Assembly: GCA_963523075.1 (NCBI GenBank)
Contig: CAURBW010000027.1
Coordinates: forward strand, 5,260-69,259
Length of the DNA stretch: 64,000 bases
Origin: an uncultured Clostridium sp.
Lineage (GTDB): Bacteria > Bacillota > Clostridia > Lachnospirales > Lachnospiraceae
Direction: 5' to 3'
Position 1 is the first letter of the stretch; each line of letters starts with the position of its first letter. The notes under the pieces are model-generated. The model was not told where the DNA came from and did no database searches. It saw nothing but the letters and a program-made list of their open reading frames with translations. Positions 50,781 through 60,682 of this stretch are shown here, piece by piece. A program made the translations under genes and the position numbers.

Positions 50781-51262
50781 ACTTCTTTTACCGCATTTTC
50801 CCCAAAGCCAGACAGTGTAGAAATCGTCTGGTAGATCTGTGAAATTTCTCCACTAAGCAATAGCTTTTTTACCAGTTCTTTAGGAGATGGAGCTTTAAAC
50901 TTAGCCATAAGATCCTTGTTTTTAAACATAGGCTTTTCGCTACCGTCTACCACGCCCTCCATCACTACTAAAAGCTGGAGTAAGGACACTTCAATATCTG
51001 CATCCTTTCCCTTAATGGATACCGCCATATCCTGTACCTCCTCAAATTTATCTGGAGATAACGCCTTACAAGTGAGGGTAAACGGAGCCCCAAAGACTTC
51101 CGTAAGTCTCGTAATTTCTACCTGCTTAGTAGGGAGCTTAATCTCTCCCACGTCTGCCCCCAATAACAGATCCAGTACATTTACTGCCTCTTTCTGTTCC
51201 TGTGTATCTTCCTGCTCCATAATTTCCTCTGCATCGGTATTTGTTTTCTTAGTTGTTGCCAT
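50771..51262 (-). CDS. Tail assembly chaperone (XkdN-like)
   Basis: Between tube and tape measure; LLLSGEI...LSGF...EVKN; AGGAGG before ATG 51262. Confidence 0.83.
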   Translation of the reverse strand: MATTKKTNTDAEEIMEQEDTQEQKEAVNVLDLLLGADVGEIKLPTKQVEITRLTEVFGAPFTLTCKALSPDKFEEVQDMAVSIKGKDADIEVSLLQLLVVMEGVVDGSEKPMFKNKDLMAKFKAPSPKELVKKLLLSGEISQIYQTISTLSGFGENAVKEVKN

Positions 51263-51341
51263 GATAATAGCCCTCCTTAAATTTTTAATAAAAATAAGGG
51301 GAGGTTTCACCCTCCCCAATTTGCACCCTGTTTATCCCTAA

Positions 51342-51776
51342 TTATTGAGGAGTAATCTGATCTAAGTACTCATAACCAGTAAAGGTAAAGGGAGCCTCTG
51401 TTTCCAGCGGTTTCTGTGCCTCCCAGTCAAACAGGGTAAGATCATCAAACTGTACTCCAGTAACAGAGATACGCTCTGCACCGTAAGCATCTGGATCCGC
51501 TAATTTACTGATAAGAGTAAATCGTACATCCTGCTTATTCTTAACCATGCTGGCTACTTTCTGCCCCATTCTGGTATTTACCTTGTGCATGGTAAGAGAT
51601 CCTGTACCCTTAGCACCGACAATCTTATTATCTGTGAAAAAGGTACCGCACTGTTTAATCTCCTCTTTATTAAACTCTACCTTTGCCTGTGCCTTGTAGC
51701 ACTCTGCAACATAATCTCCGTCCAGCCAAAGCTCCCCAAAGGTACCGTTACAAATTCGTTTTGTTTCTACAGCCAT
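51342..51776 (-). CDS. Tail tube protein (XkdM-like)
   Basis: NGTFGELWLDG, SKLADPDAYGAERI, EAPFTF. Confidence 0.88.
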   Translation of the reverse strand: MAVETKRICNGTFGELWLDGDYVAECYKAQAKVEFNKEEIKQCGTFFTDNKIVGAKGTGSLTMHKVNTRMGQKVASMVKNKQDVRFTLISKLADPDAYGAERISVTGVQFDDLTLFDWEAQKPLETEAPFTFTGYEYLDQITPQ

Positions 51777-51789
51777 TCTTTTCTACCTC

Positions 51790-52893
51790 CTATTCCTTAT
51801 TGATAAAGATGTCAACATCCTCAATAGCATCCAAGATAGAAATAGTACCCTTAAGGAATACCTTAGAGCCTGTGTTAGCCTCCTTGATAGCCTGCTCATC
51901 CATATCAGAGGTATCCACTCCGATACTCTCTAAGTACTGTTTCTGCTTAGATATATTAATTTCTACAGTAGAGCTATCAGCCTTTAAATAGCCTTTACCG
52001 CCCTCCGTAGCCTCCAGCCCCCTAAGGTATCCTTTAATGGCTGTAATCAGCAAACATTTGTTATCGTAGCTGTTGGAGTAGTTACCGATATAGGAGGTAT
52101 TAATAGTGCTGTAAATATCCGTTTCAATAAGATCCTGTATAGCAGAGATCTTAATTTTCTGGAGATCCTCCGTATTTGTTTCTGTCACAGTTACCAGAGA
52201 GTTTACTCCTCTGGCAATTACAATACGCTCTCCATCGTTATACAATGTGAGTTTACCAGCATCCACCGCTGTATCTACTTCCTCATCATTTTCTACCAGA
52301 GGTATAGCTGTCACCTCACTAAGAGGCTTATAAGTAGCAGATACTTTTAAATCCAGCCCTGCTAACAATCCTGCAATTCTGCTACAGTATTCCGCCTCTG
52401 TATAGTGCGTTTCCCCTACCTCAATTTTCTCTGTCTCACTTGCGTTTACCACAGAGAAATTAATAACCCCTCTGGTATCTCCAGCCACATTAGGGAGCAC
52501 TACGGTTAATCTGCGTATAGAGTTAGACCTCACACCCTTAACCCATGTGGCTAATTCCGTTGCCTCTGCTGTACTAATATCTGGGGCTCCTACAAGGTAA
52601 TTAATTTTCTGGGTAGAGAAATACTTCTCCGCCTCTTTATAGTCCTCTGCTGTCTCTGGTAAGGTGTAAATAAATACCTTACTGGGAGCTCCCGTAAAAG
52701 CTCTCTCAATATAGGCGGTATTAGCGTCTGTAAAAGCACTATCTCCAGTAGGGATCTCATCTACCCCTCTAAGCACCATAGCACCGTTATTTTTAGTATC
52801 CTTAAGGATAATTCCAACAACGCCAAGGGCTCCGCTCTGGATAGCTACTACAGCCTTTTTGGAAAACTCAATTACTATATCTGGTAATCCCAT
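51790..52893 (-). CDS. Contractile tail sheath protein
   Basis: MGLPDI, RIAGLLAG, IARGVNSL, YIGNYSN, LDAIED. Confidence 0.88.
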   Translation of the reverse strand: MGLPDIVIEFSKKAVVAIQSGALGVVGIILKDTKNNGAMVLRGVDEIPTGDSAFTDANTAYIERAFTGAPSKVFIYTLPETAEDYKEAEKYFSTQKINYLVGAPDISTAEATELATWVKGVRSNSIRRLTVVLPNVAGDTRGVINFSVVNASETEKIEVGETHYTEAEYCSRIAGLLAGLDLKVSATYKPLSEVTAIPLVENDEEVDTAVDAGKLTLYNDGERIVIARGVNSLVTVTETNTEDLQKIKISAIQDLIETDIYSTINTSYIGNYSNSYDNKCLLITAIKGYLRGLEATEGGKGYLKADSSTVEINISKQKQYLESIGVDTSDMDEQAIKEANTGSKVFLKGTISILDAIEDVDIFINKE

Positions 52894-52911
52894 TATAGTT
52901 ATCCTCCTTTT

Positions 52912-53388
52912 CTATCCATTTGTTTTTACTGTGGTTTCAATATCCACCTCTCCGATAAGATCATAGTTACCCTCTACAGGTACATCCTCTGTAAAATTGA
53001 GAGCCATTTTTACATATAAAGCTCCCTCATCCAACCTCACCTCATCGGTATAGGTTTCTATTTTTGCATATCTAGGCTTTTCCTTTACGCCCTCCAGCGG
53101 TAGTACGGGCACAACTCTACGCAATAAAAAAAGAGCCTTAAGCTCCTCCTTTACCTTATACAACCCCTCCGCTACCACTTGATTAGCCTCATTCCTCTTT
53201 CCAAAATAAACAATCTGGAATATCGGATCATCCTCATACACATTATGGCTTTTTAAGCTACTGCCACCTGTAGCCAGCTTGACTAAAAAACAGTCTCGCT
53301 TAAATTTGTTAGGTACCTCCTCTATGTGTACTGGCACTCCAGAATACTTAGAGGCTACCACCTTACAAACACTATTCAGCAACCTCAT
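52912..53388 (-). CDS. Tail terminator-like protein
   Basis: Position before sheath; F.RDCF and IVYF motifs. Confidence 0.6.
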   Translation of the reverse strand: MRLLNSVCKVVASKYSGVPVHIEEVPNKFKRDCFLVKLATGGSSLKSHNVYEDDPIFQIVYFGKRNEANQVVAEGLYKVKEELKALFLLRRVVPVLPLEGVKEKPRYAKIETYTDEVRLDEGALYVKMALNFTEDVPVEGNYDLIGEVDIETTVKTNG

Positions 53389-53885
53389 AAGCTACCTCCC
53401 TCTACCTCTCTGGCTATCTGTTGCATAAAGCTCTCTATTAGTCTCTCAATTCTAGGCTTAGCACTCTCAAAACCTTTTTCCATAAAAAAAGCACCTGCTA
53501 CATACCTTTCCTGTAACATGATACCCTTTTGATTAGTGTTTTTTAAATATTTAGCCTTTCCTCCTACAGAGAGCCTTTCTGCTGGTAAAAAGCGTTTATG
53601 CTGTACATGACCGTCATTTACATATAGGGCATATTCCACATTAGTACCTACCTCAATAACATCTCCAGAAAGATCTCCGCCTAGAGCCTCTCCAAACACA
53701 AAGATATTATCTACTAACCTGCTAGTATCCACAGGAACGTTAGGAATTACTTCCGAATGATAGATGTTACCCATACGCTCTAAGAGAATTTTTTTCTTAG
53801 CTCCCCAATTATCTACCAAAGAGGCGAAACGCTCCACAAATTCCTCCCAGCCCTCAATACTAAAACCTAAGTCACCGCTTGCCAT
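53385..53885 (-). CDS. HK97 gp10-family neck protein
   Basis: VPVDTSRL, TNVEYALYVNDGH, GAFFME. Confidence 0.8.
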   Translation of the reverse strand: MASGDLGFSIEGWEEFVERFASLVDNWGAKKKILLERMGNIYHSEVIPNVPVDTSRLVDNIFVFGEALGGDLSGDVIEVGTNVEYALYVNDGHVQHKRFLPAERLSVGGKAKYLKNTNQKGIMLQERYVAGAFFMEKGFESAKPRIERLIESFMQQIAREVEGGSL

Positions 53886-53888
53886 ACC

Positions 53889-54236
53889 TTATACCTCCTC
53901 TTCACTAAGTAGAGGTACCTTAAGCTGTGTACGCTTTTTGTATGGTTTATCAGCAATGGCTTTAAACTCTGTACTCACAACGGGATTATCATATTCATCC
54001 AGTTCATAGATGTAAAGTATGTCACCTTTCACTATATCCGCCTCTGGATACGTGAAAAGATCTAAATCTGTGGTATTTATTTTTTGAGGAGCTCTCTGGG
54101 TAGTTGTACTGCTACTTTCCGCTGTATGACACATAAAAGTGCCTACTGCATCCAGCTCTTGATTAGGGCGGTTAAACTCTCCTAATGTTGAGGAGTACCG
54201 TTTTACTATTACCTGTTTATCATACAGATATTGCAT
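53889..54236 (-). CDS. Head closure/stopper-like protein
   Basis: Size and position; ADIVKGD. Confidence 0.55.
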   Translation of the reverse strand: MQYLYDKQVIVKRYSSTLGEFNRPNQELDAVGTFMCHTAESSSTTTQRAPQKINTTDLDLFTYPEADIVKGDILYIYELDEYDNPVVSTEFKAIADKPYKKRTQLKVPLLSEEEV

Positions 54237-54247
54237 ACAGCCACCTC

Positions 54248-54595
54248 CTACTCTGTCTTTACATTAGTTCTGGGATATAACTGCCTGTAAGGGTAGAGTT
54301 TTTGCTTTATATTGTCTGGTAGAGGATCGTCAAAGGATGTACTTTCATCTGATAAAGAGTAAGAGCTCTGCCCCTCCGCCCCCAACTTACGGAAACGCTG
54401 GATGGCTAGATCTTCCTGTACACTTCTAAGCTGTTTCGGAAACACATCTGCTCCAGTATCGTCTATAAAAGTATCTCTACAAAATGCCTCTATATCCTCT
54501 CTGGATTTTTCCAGAAACACCTCAACTAGAGCCAGCTTTTTAGCGTTATCAGCGGATAGTCCTAAGATGATCCTACACCTCTCTAAGCTATCCAT
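54248..54595 (-). CDS. Head-tail connector/adaptor
   Basis: KLGAEGQSSYS, LYPYR; position after capsid genes. Confidence 0.72.
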   Translation of the reverse strand: MDSLERCRIILGLSADNAKKLALVEVFLEKSREDIEAFCRDTFIDDTGADVFPKQLRSVQEDLAIQRFRKLGAEGQSSYSLSDESTSFDDPLPDNIKQKLYPYRQLYPRTNVKTE

Positions 54596-54606
54596 AGGCT
54601 CCTCCT

Positions 54607-54867
54607 TTATTTCTCTACCAGCTCCACACCGTCTATTTTAACAAGTGCCTTAGCCACCTCTAATTTAGTAGTGGATGCCTTACCGTCCATAAACTGTACA
54701 CCTAAACCAGTACAGGAGAGGTATTTATTAGTGGAAGTAAAATTGTATACCTTAGCCTCTCCCTCTGTAGTCTTAGTTGTAGCCTTTTCCGCCTTTTTGC
54801 TGGCAGTAGTTTCTTTCTTTTCCTCTGGAGCTTGTGCTCCCTCTGTAGTCTTAGTTGTATCAGCCAT
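54607..54867 (-). CDS. Small head-region protein
   Basis: AGGAGG RBS; Thr/Lys-rich N-terminus with duplicated TTKTTEG. Confidence 0.7.
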   Translation of the reverse strand: MADTTKTTEGAQAPEEKKETTASKKAEKATTKTTEGEAKVYNFTSTNKYLSCTGLGVQFMDGKASTTKLEVAKALVKIDGVELVEK

Positions 54868-54899
54868 AACAGCCTACCTCCTTAAATTTATTTTTCGTA

Positions 54900-55808
54900 T
54901 TACGCCTCTGTTACTAAAATCTTAGATCCTGCATAGCTGTTTAACAGCTTAATAGTACTCTCATTGAGTACATGACCTTTAAAGTAATCTCCAGCCTTTG
55001 GAAGATCCTCGTAGAAAGTACCTCTAAGCTCTGCAATCTGCACCTCATTCAGATCTAAAGTTAGAATAGTCTTATCCGCCATATAACGATCCAATACTAA
55101 AGAGATTTCTCCAAAATCTGTTACAATTTTAGATACACCAACCCCTAATACGTTAGTCATGGATCCGTTATCTCCCATAAATCTCACATTGTTACCTGCT
55201 TTAGCCAGAGCATTGATAGCCCTTTTCTGGGTAGCATTTACAAAAGAAAAATACGCTCCCTGTGCTCCTTTTTCCCACATTTTTTGTAAAGCATCTAAGA
55301 AATGCTCCTCTGTGAGAGCTCCTGCTGTTGGTACTACGTTATTTGCATTTACCAGATTAATTAAACCGTTCATCTGTCTGGGGGTGTTATCTGCCTCTAC
55401 AGTCTTTGTACCGTTAAGGAAATACCATTCCATATCCCTCTTAGTCTCAATCAAACGATCATTAACCTCCGCATCAAACACATCTCCAATGCCTTTAGGA
55501 TTAAGAGATCTTGCTGTACCGGATACCTGTGTTACCTTTTCCATGATCTGACACAGGTTAGATAAGCTACCCCTGCTGGAGGTAATAACCTCTCCAGCCT
55601 CTGCACCCTCTAATTTAAGAGTACCTCTCTGGGAGTTAAGTTCTTTCTCTCTCCACGTTACAGTAATATCATTTGCTGGTACCACCTGCCCTCTACCCAT
55701 GATTAAGGTAGTAAGTGGTGTATCTGTAGGAGAAACCAGCTTGATCTCCTCCGTAAGGTCAACAACCTCATTTTCAAGAAAATTTTTTCTTTTAACCATA
55801 TCAGCCAT
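54900..55808 (-). CDS. Major capsid protein (SU10/DUF5309-like)
   Basis: SPTDTP, NLCQI, VSGT, KRDME, TDFG, DRYM; follows scaffold. Confidence 0.85.
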   Translation of the reverse strand: MADMVKRKNFLENEVVDLTEEIKLVSPTDTPLTTLIMGRGQVVPANDITVTWREKELNSQRGTLKLEGAEAGEVITSSRGSLSNLCQIMEKVTQVSGTARSLNPKGIGDVFDAEVNDRLIETKRDMEWYFLNGTKTVEADNTPRQMNGLINLVNANNVVPTAGALTEEHFLDALQKMWEKGAQGAYFSFVNATQKRAINALAKAGNNVRFMGDNGSMTNVLGVGVSKIVTDFGEISLVLDRYMADKTILTLDLNEVQIAELRGTFYEDLPKAGDYFKGHVLNESTIKLLNSYAGSKILVTEA

Positions 55809-55846
55809 CCTATTTATCCTCCTTATGAATTATTATGAAGAGTGGC

Positions 55847-56500
55847 TTACTCCTCATCCTTATTGTGGTATGCTTGCAATTTAGCAGATACCATACCCTT
55901 TACATTTCCGTTCTTCTTTGCTGTATCATAGCTTGTTTCCTCTCCTGTCTTATGAGAGCCTGTAGCTGGCGTAGTTCCTTTAAGAAAATCAGCCTTAGCC
56001 TTAGCTACTTGTTTAGCTACCTCTGCATCAAAACGGGCTTTCATGCCCTTTACTCTTTCCGTGAGCTTTTCTTTACGCTCTGCCTCATCCGTAATAGAGG
56101 CTAAATCTTCTACAGCAATCAAATTACGGAAACCTGCATCCAAGCCCAGCTCTGCTACAGCGTCAACTACATCCAGCTTTAACCCCTTAATAGTGAGATC
56201 TAAATCTTTCTTAGCCTGTGCCTGTAAGCGTTCCTGCTCCTCCGCCTGTTTACGCTCGTCCTCTGTCATTTTTTCTTTAGCCTGCTTATCTGTCCACTCT
56301 TTTTCCTTTTTCTTAATGGCATCCGTTACTCTCTTATCAGCCATTTTTTCATATTCTTTCTGGAGCTCCTCTCTGATCTGTTCCTCCGTCTTAGGAGTAG
56401 TAGTGGTCTGCTCCGCTCCAGCGGTAGTAGTAGAGGCGGTATCTTTACCCTTTTCCTCTGTTGTAGTGGTAGTTTCCTTTGTTTCTGTAGTCTCTGCCAT
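55847..56500 (-). CDS. Capsid scaffolding protein (DUF4355-like)
   Basis: Charged coiled coil, DKRVTDAI, KMTEDE, LKGTTP; alternative start 56515. Confidence 0.78.
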   Translation of the reverse strand: MAETTETKETTTTTEEKGKDTASTTTAGAEQTTTTPKTEEQIREELQKEYEKMADKRVTDAIKKKEKEWTDKQAKEKMTEDERKQAEEQERLQAQAKKDLDLTIKGLKLDVVDAVAELGLDAGFRNLIAVEDLASITDEAERKEKLTERVKGMKARFDAEVAKQVAKAKADFLKGTTPATGSHKTGEETSYDTAKKNGNVKGMVSAKLQAYHNKDEE

Positions 56501-56669
56501 TTTCTTATCCTCCATTTCTTAGTAATACCCTGCGGATCCCTCGTAAGTTATCGCAAAATACCCCTATTGCTTTCTACATTAGATAGGTTACAAAGAGGGA
56601 TGAATTATGTATTTACTGTGTAGATATTCTGTAAGTATTTTTCATTTACTAAGGGCTTTTATTTCATTG

Positions 56670-56707
56670 AAAAAAATTAAAGGCTACCAGCTTTTGCACT
56701 GGTAGCC
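56670..56707 (-). terminator. Terminator after the MuF/small-ORF pair
   Basis: ggctaccag-tgcaaaag-ctggtagcc followed by a T-rich tail. Confidence 0.75.
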
Positions 56708-56714
56708 ACATTCT

Positions 56715-56939
56715 TTATTTCTCTTTGCGATACTTGCAGGGAGCTCCATTAAAGTATACTTCATTAGGCTTATCCCTGCCATCTTCTCTTGTATAAATAG
56801 CACAATTAGACTTATAAGGAGTATCATCAAAAGGAGTAGAACCGTTAGCAAATATACAGCCCTTGCACACTATATTATCATTCACCCCTATTACTCCTAA
56901 CTTTTCCTCCTGCACTTCTTTTATTCTCTGATTATCCAT
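56715..56939 (-). CDS. 74-aa four-Cys protein, candidate immunity partner of the MuF toxin
   Basis: AGGAGG RBS overlapping MuF stop; CKGC...C...C. Confidence 0.6.
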   Translation of the reverse strand: MDNQRIKEVQEEKLGVIGVNDNIVCKGCIFANGSTPFDDTPYKSNCAIYTREDGRDKPNEVYFNGAPCKYRKEK

Positions 56940-56949
56940 AATGCCCTCC

Positions 56950-59052
56950 TTATTCTCCGTAATACTTCCTCTGCTGGAATTTATCATAGCCTTTTTCTGG
57001 ATGTACCTCTAAATCTATGTAAGTAGTGTATCCTACACGATCAATTTTTGTAACCTTGTATGTAGCTCCTCTTTGAATAATCATTTCACTCTCATATCCA
57101 AAGCTATACTGTTTACTCTTACCATCCCAACTACGCTTATCACCATTACCATAATGGCTAAAGGGCTCTGCATACATCATCTTAGTACCTTTAGGAGCAT
57201 AAATATTTAAAATTACATCTCCGCTAAAGCCTTTTCCCTTAGCTACTCCTGTAGAAATAAAATTACTCATCTCTCCGCTGTATCCTATGAACTTTTGGAG
57301 TTCTGTATTGCTGGTAGCGGTAAAACCACCTTTTGACAGTTTTAAGAAACTGTCCATAGCCTCACTCCCACAACCTCTCTGTAGCCACATATCAAAATCA
57401 TAGGAGCTACGATCTATAAGGGTAGTCATTTTTCTAATAGCATCTCCACTTCCCTCATAGTCAATGCTTATTTTATTTATACCTTGATAATTATACCATG
57501 ATCCTGCGTGTCCTGTAAGAGGTCTATTATATGAGCCACTTCCAGCCGTATATCCGTAAACGGCATCTTTCTCTACCTTACTAGCCTTTTTCCACACAGT
57601 TCCGCACTCTGCTCTTAATACGGTATCTGCATCCTCTGTATTTTTAAACCAATAAGCATTATCTTTTCTCTCTTGACTGAAAGCGTTATCTACCCAAATA
57701 CCAGCTTTTTTCTGTGCATCCTCTAACTCTTTTTTGAGCTTTTTTACTGTAGCGTTTTGCTGTTCATATAACTTACCCTGCTCCTCAAAACTATCTAAAG
57801 AGGCAAGTAACCCATTAAACTTATCATACTCACTTCCTGTAGTAGTTTTTAATTTGTCCTCAAAATAAGTCTTTTTAGCTGGTATGCCGTCTTTTTTGGT
57901 AGGGTAATCTTTTACGGTTACATCATCTTTCCATATTCCAGAGTAGGTACCTGTACCATAATCTCCCCCACTCTTTTCTAAATAGGCAAGATTAAAAAAG
58001 GCATCATCATATTCCTGCTGTTTATCTTCTGCCTCTTTTATGAGTTTAGCTTTTTTCAGCTCTACATCCTGCTCTACCCTCCATTTCTCATAGTTCTCCG
58101 CCCCTCTTACGGATCCTGTAAGCTCATTCAGCTCATTATCCCCAAAGGTATCCGCTACTACAGGAATATAAACACATCTACAGTTAGGATGTCTGGGAAG
58201 TGTAGGCTCCTCACCCCTTTTATAATGCTTTTTACTATCTGCTCTGCATATAGGGCATACTCTACTATCCCCTCCATTAGCTATCCTATATTCCAGCTCC
58301 TCTACTCCCATATCCTTATAAACGTCATCATGAGCACAATAGGTAACTCTTTTTGTTTCCGTTCTTGCTATTCTCTCCGCATTATATTTAGAGGTATCTA
58401 TCCCTTTATTAATCCTGTCTGTAATCTGGGGAATACTCTCCCCCAATATCATACTCTGGGTAAGCCCTGTTCTTAGATTTCTCCCCAGAGTAGCCTTATC
58501 CTGCCAGAGCCGATCACTAAACATAGCCCCACTCCACGGATAATCTATGGTTTTCTTTACCAGAGCTGGATTTAGCCTATTAAAATTAGCCTTTACTGGA
58601 ATACTCTGCCCCAGTTCGTATACTTGCCTCAAAAACTGATCCGTATAAATATTAGATAGCCCGTCTGTAAAAACTGTCTGCTCTTTCTGCCCCAGCTTAG
58701 TAAGTTCCTGCGTAATTTGTTCAAATAGCCCCCTACTCCTAGTGAGGGCACTCTGATTAGCATAGCTCCACTCTCCTCCTGCCTTTTGCACCTTTGCTAT
58801 AGTGGCGGTTACATCCGCTATAATGTCACTCTGGCATTGTTTATAGATAGAGGCTAGGACTTTTTCCATCCTAGCCTCATCCTCAAACGCTTTTAAATTA
58901 TTTTTAAGTACAGCCTGTTGTCTTTCCTCGATCAGCTTAGCCCTCCTCACACTATCCTCATGGAGTATCTGTTTCTGCTCTGCTGTAAGCTGATTATAAG
59001 GAATACCGTACATTTTCTTTACAGCCTCATTTACATATCCTACATTATCCAC
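56950..59052 (-). CDS. MuF/SPP1-gp7 minor head protein fused to an ADP-ribosyltransferase domain
   Basis: FSDRLW, AERIARTE, CPIC, HPNCRC (MuF); C-terminal WLQRG, FIST, ESEMIIQRG (R-S-E type ART). Confidence 0.88.
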   Translation of the reverse strand: MDNVGYVNEAVKKMYGIPYNQLTAEQKQILHEDSVRRAKLIEERQQAVLKNNLKAFEDEARMEKVLASIYKQCQSDIIADVTATIAKVQKAGGEWSYANQSALTRSRGLFEQITQELTKLGQKEQTVFTDGLSNIYTDQFLRQVYELGQSIPVKANFNRLNPALVKKTIDYPWSGAMFSDRLWQDKATLGRNLRTGLTQSMILGESIPQITDRINKGIDTSKYNAERIARTETKRVTYCAHDDVYKDMGVEELEYRIANGGDSRVCPICRADSKKHYKRGEEPTLPRHPNCRCVYIPVVADTFGDNELNELTGSVRGAENYEKWRVEQDVELKKAKLIKEAEDKQQEYDDAFFNLAYLEKSGGDYGTGTYSGIWKDDVTVKDYPTKKDGIPAKKTYFEDKLKTTTGSEYDKFNGLLASLDSFEEQGKLYEQQNATVKKLKKELEDAQKKAGIWVDNAFSQERKDNAYWFKNTEDADTVLRAECGTVWKKASKVEKDAVYGYTAGSGSYNRPLTGHAGSWYNYQGINKISIDYEGSGDAIRKMTTLIDRSSYDFDMWLQRGCGSEAMDSFLKLSKGGFTATSNTELQKFIGYSGEMSNFISTGVAKGKGFSGDVILNIYAPKGTKMMYAEPFSHYGNGDKRSWDGKSKQYSFGYESEMIIQRGATYKVTKIDRVGYTTYIDLEVHPEKGYDKFQQRKYYGE

Positions 59053-59085
59053 CTCTCACACCTCCTAATATCCTACTACAGCCCT

Positions 59086-60630
59086 TTATTGTTCTGGGCT
59101 GGGAATTGTAGCACCTATAGCATTAAGCTCCCTCTGTGGGCTACTCTGTGCATTGAGGTTAGGAAAAAGATTATTACTATCCGCCTCTACATTGGATTGT
59201 GAATATGGATCATGATTAGCCTTATCTTTTTCTGCCTGTGCTTTCAGCTTTTCTAATACTTCCTTAGGATTATCAACGAATGGTAATAGAGATAAGAGTG
59301 TTTCCTTATCCACTGTGCCATCCAGCTTAGTAACCGTATCTACAATCTCTGTTAAATTGTTAGGTACGTTTCTAGTAAACTCTACTTTGAGGTTTAGTAC
59401 ATCTACCTCATGCCCTGTAGTTACTCTAATGGGCACCGCCAGTACCCTTAAAAGCTCTCTAATTGCCTTTTCCATTTTACGCTCTTTAATAATGCACTTT
59501 GTCTCTAACCCAAAGAGCTTAAAACGGATAGCAATACCGCTTAGATTACCTGCAAAATTCTCATCGGAGAGATCTGGTACCTGTGAAAACTTATAGATAT
59601 TCTTTTCCAGCCTATTAAGATGGTTTTCCAGTGCCTCCGTCTGGATCTCCTTAGTGATAAATTTAGCATCTCCGTTTTCCATAACCTCTAAAATTCCCTC
59701 TTCTTTGAGTTTGGCTATCCCCTCCTTAGAAGTAGTCATATTTTTAAGCATAAGATAAGCATTTCTAAAAGCCTCAAACTCATTTGATACGTCAGAGAAA
59801 ACCTTATCATAATCATTTACTAAGCTCTCAATCTTCTCCAGATCGCTCATTTGCTCCTCATTGTTATACAGAGTTACAATAGGAATCCTACCGTAAATAT
59901 GCGGACGCTCCTCTTTAAAGGTGTAAGATGCAAAGTCTCTACGATTTTTACCGCTGGCTGTTTCCGTACTTGTGAAAATCTCCACCTTCGTAGCACTGTA
60001 TACCTCTGCATAGTGGGTAGTTTTATCTGTATCCTCTGTATCAATGTCATAGAGGCGTATTTTATAGGCAGGTTCCTTTGTAGAGCTGTTCTTATATACT
60101 ATAATTACGTCCTCTGGAGATAGCCTCATATATTTAGACTGGCTTTCCTCATTCTGATACACTAAAACGTGCGATAAGCCTTTAACCATAGCCTCCTTAC
60201 CCCACTCTATAAAAAGATCATCCTTATCATTTTCCATATTGATACGGTCAATCTCATCCTGTACCGCTGTATCCTCCAACTCTCCCAGATCCACCCCCAC
60301 ATCCACGGGATCTACTTCTACTCTGGATTTATTCTTTTTTGGCTCCGTGTAATTCATGATAATAGGATTTCCTAAGAAGTACCCCACTGTATTATCAATG
60401 GTCTGTCCGAAAAAATCATTTATCAGCTTATTATTAGGCTTATTTTCATCCCTTTTTGGTCTACTCTGGATCCTGTGTTTACCCTCATACAGCCTTTGAT
60501 ACTTTTTGTACTTTGTGGCTATCTTTCTCACATGAGTATCTACCAGATCATTAAGAAAAGTAGCACTAAATCTACTTACCTCCATCTCTACATTAAACTC
60601 TTTATCAATCGGCTTACTTATCTCCGCCAT
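59086..60630 (-). CDS. Portal protein (SPP1 gp6-like)
   Basis: KPNNK, GYFLGNP, NLSGIAIRFKL, FTRNVP; AAGGAGG before ATG 60630. Confidence 0.92.
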   Translation of the reverse strand: MAEISKPIDKEFNVEMEVSRFSATFLNDLVDTHVRKIATKYKKYQRLYEGKHRIQSRPKRDENKPNNKLINDFFGQTIDNTVGYFLGNPIIMNYTEPKKNKSRVEVDPVDVGVDLGELEDTAVQDEIDRINMENDKDDLFIEWGKEAMVKGLSHVLVYQNEESQSKYMRLSPEDVIIVYKNSSTKEPAYKIRLYDIDTEDTDKTTHYAEVYSATKVEIFTSTETASGKNRRDFASYTFKEERPHIYGRIPIVTLYNNEEQMSDLEKIESLVNDYDKVFSDVSNEFEAFRNAYLMLKNMTTSKEGIAKLKEEGILEVMENGDAKFITKEIQTEALENHLNRLEKNIYKFSQVPDLSDENFAGNLSGIAIRFKLFGLETKCIIKERKMEKAIRELLRVLAVPIRVTTGHEVDVLNLKVEFTRNVPNNLTEIVDTVTKLDGTVDKETLLSLLPFVDNPKEVLEKLKAQAEKDKANHDPYSQSNVEADSNNLFPNLNAQSSPQRELNAIGATIPSPEQ

Positions 60631-60682
60631 TTGCATATCCTCCTTTTCTGCAATAAAATAAGCCCTCATTTTTAAGGGCTTA

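Noticed and set aside
43246..52893. PBSX/diffocin-like tailocin
   Set aside because: Capsid, portal, terminase and integrase genes are present, so this is a prophage
54759..54859. 23-bp direct repeat (54759-81 and 54837-59)
   Set aside because: In-frame duplication encoding TTKTTEG in a low-complexity segment; no sign of att or array function
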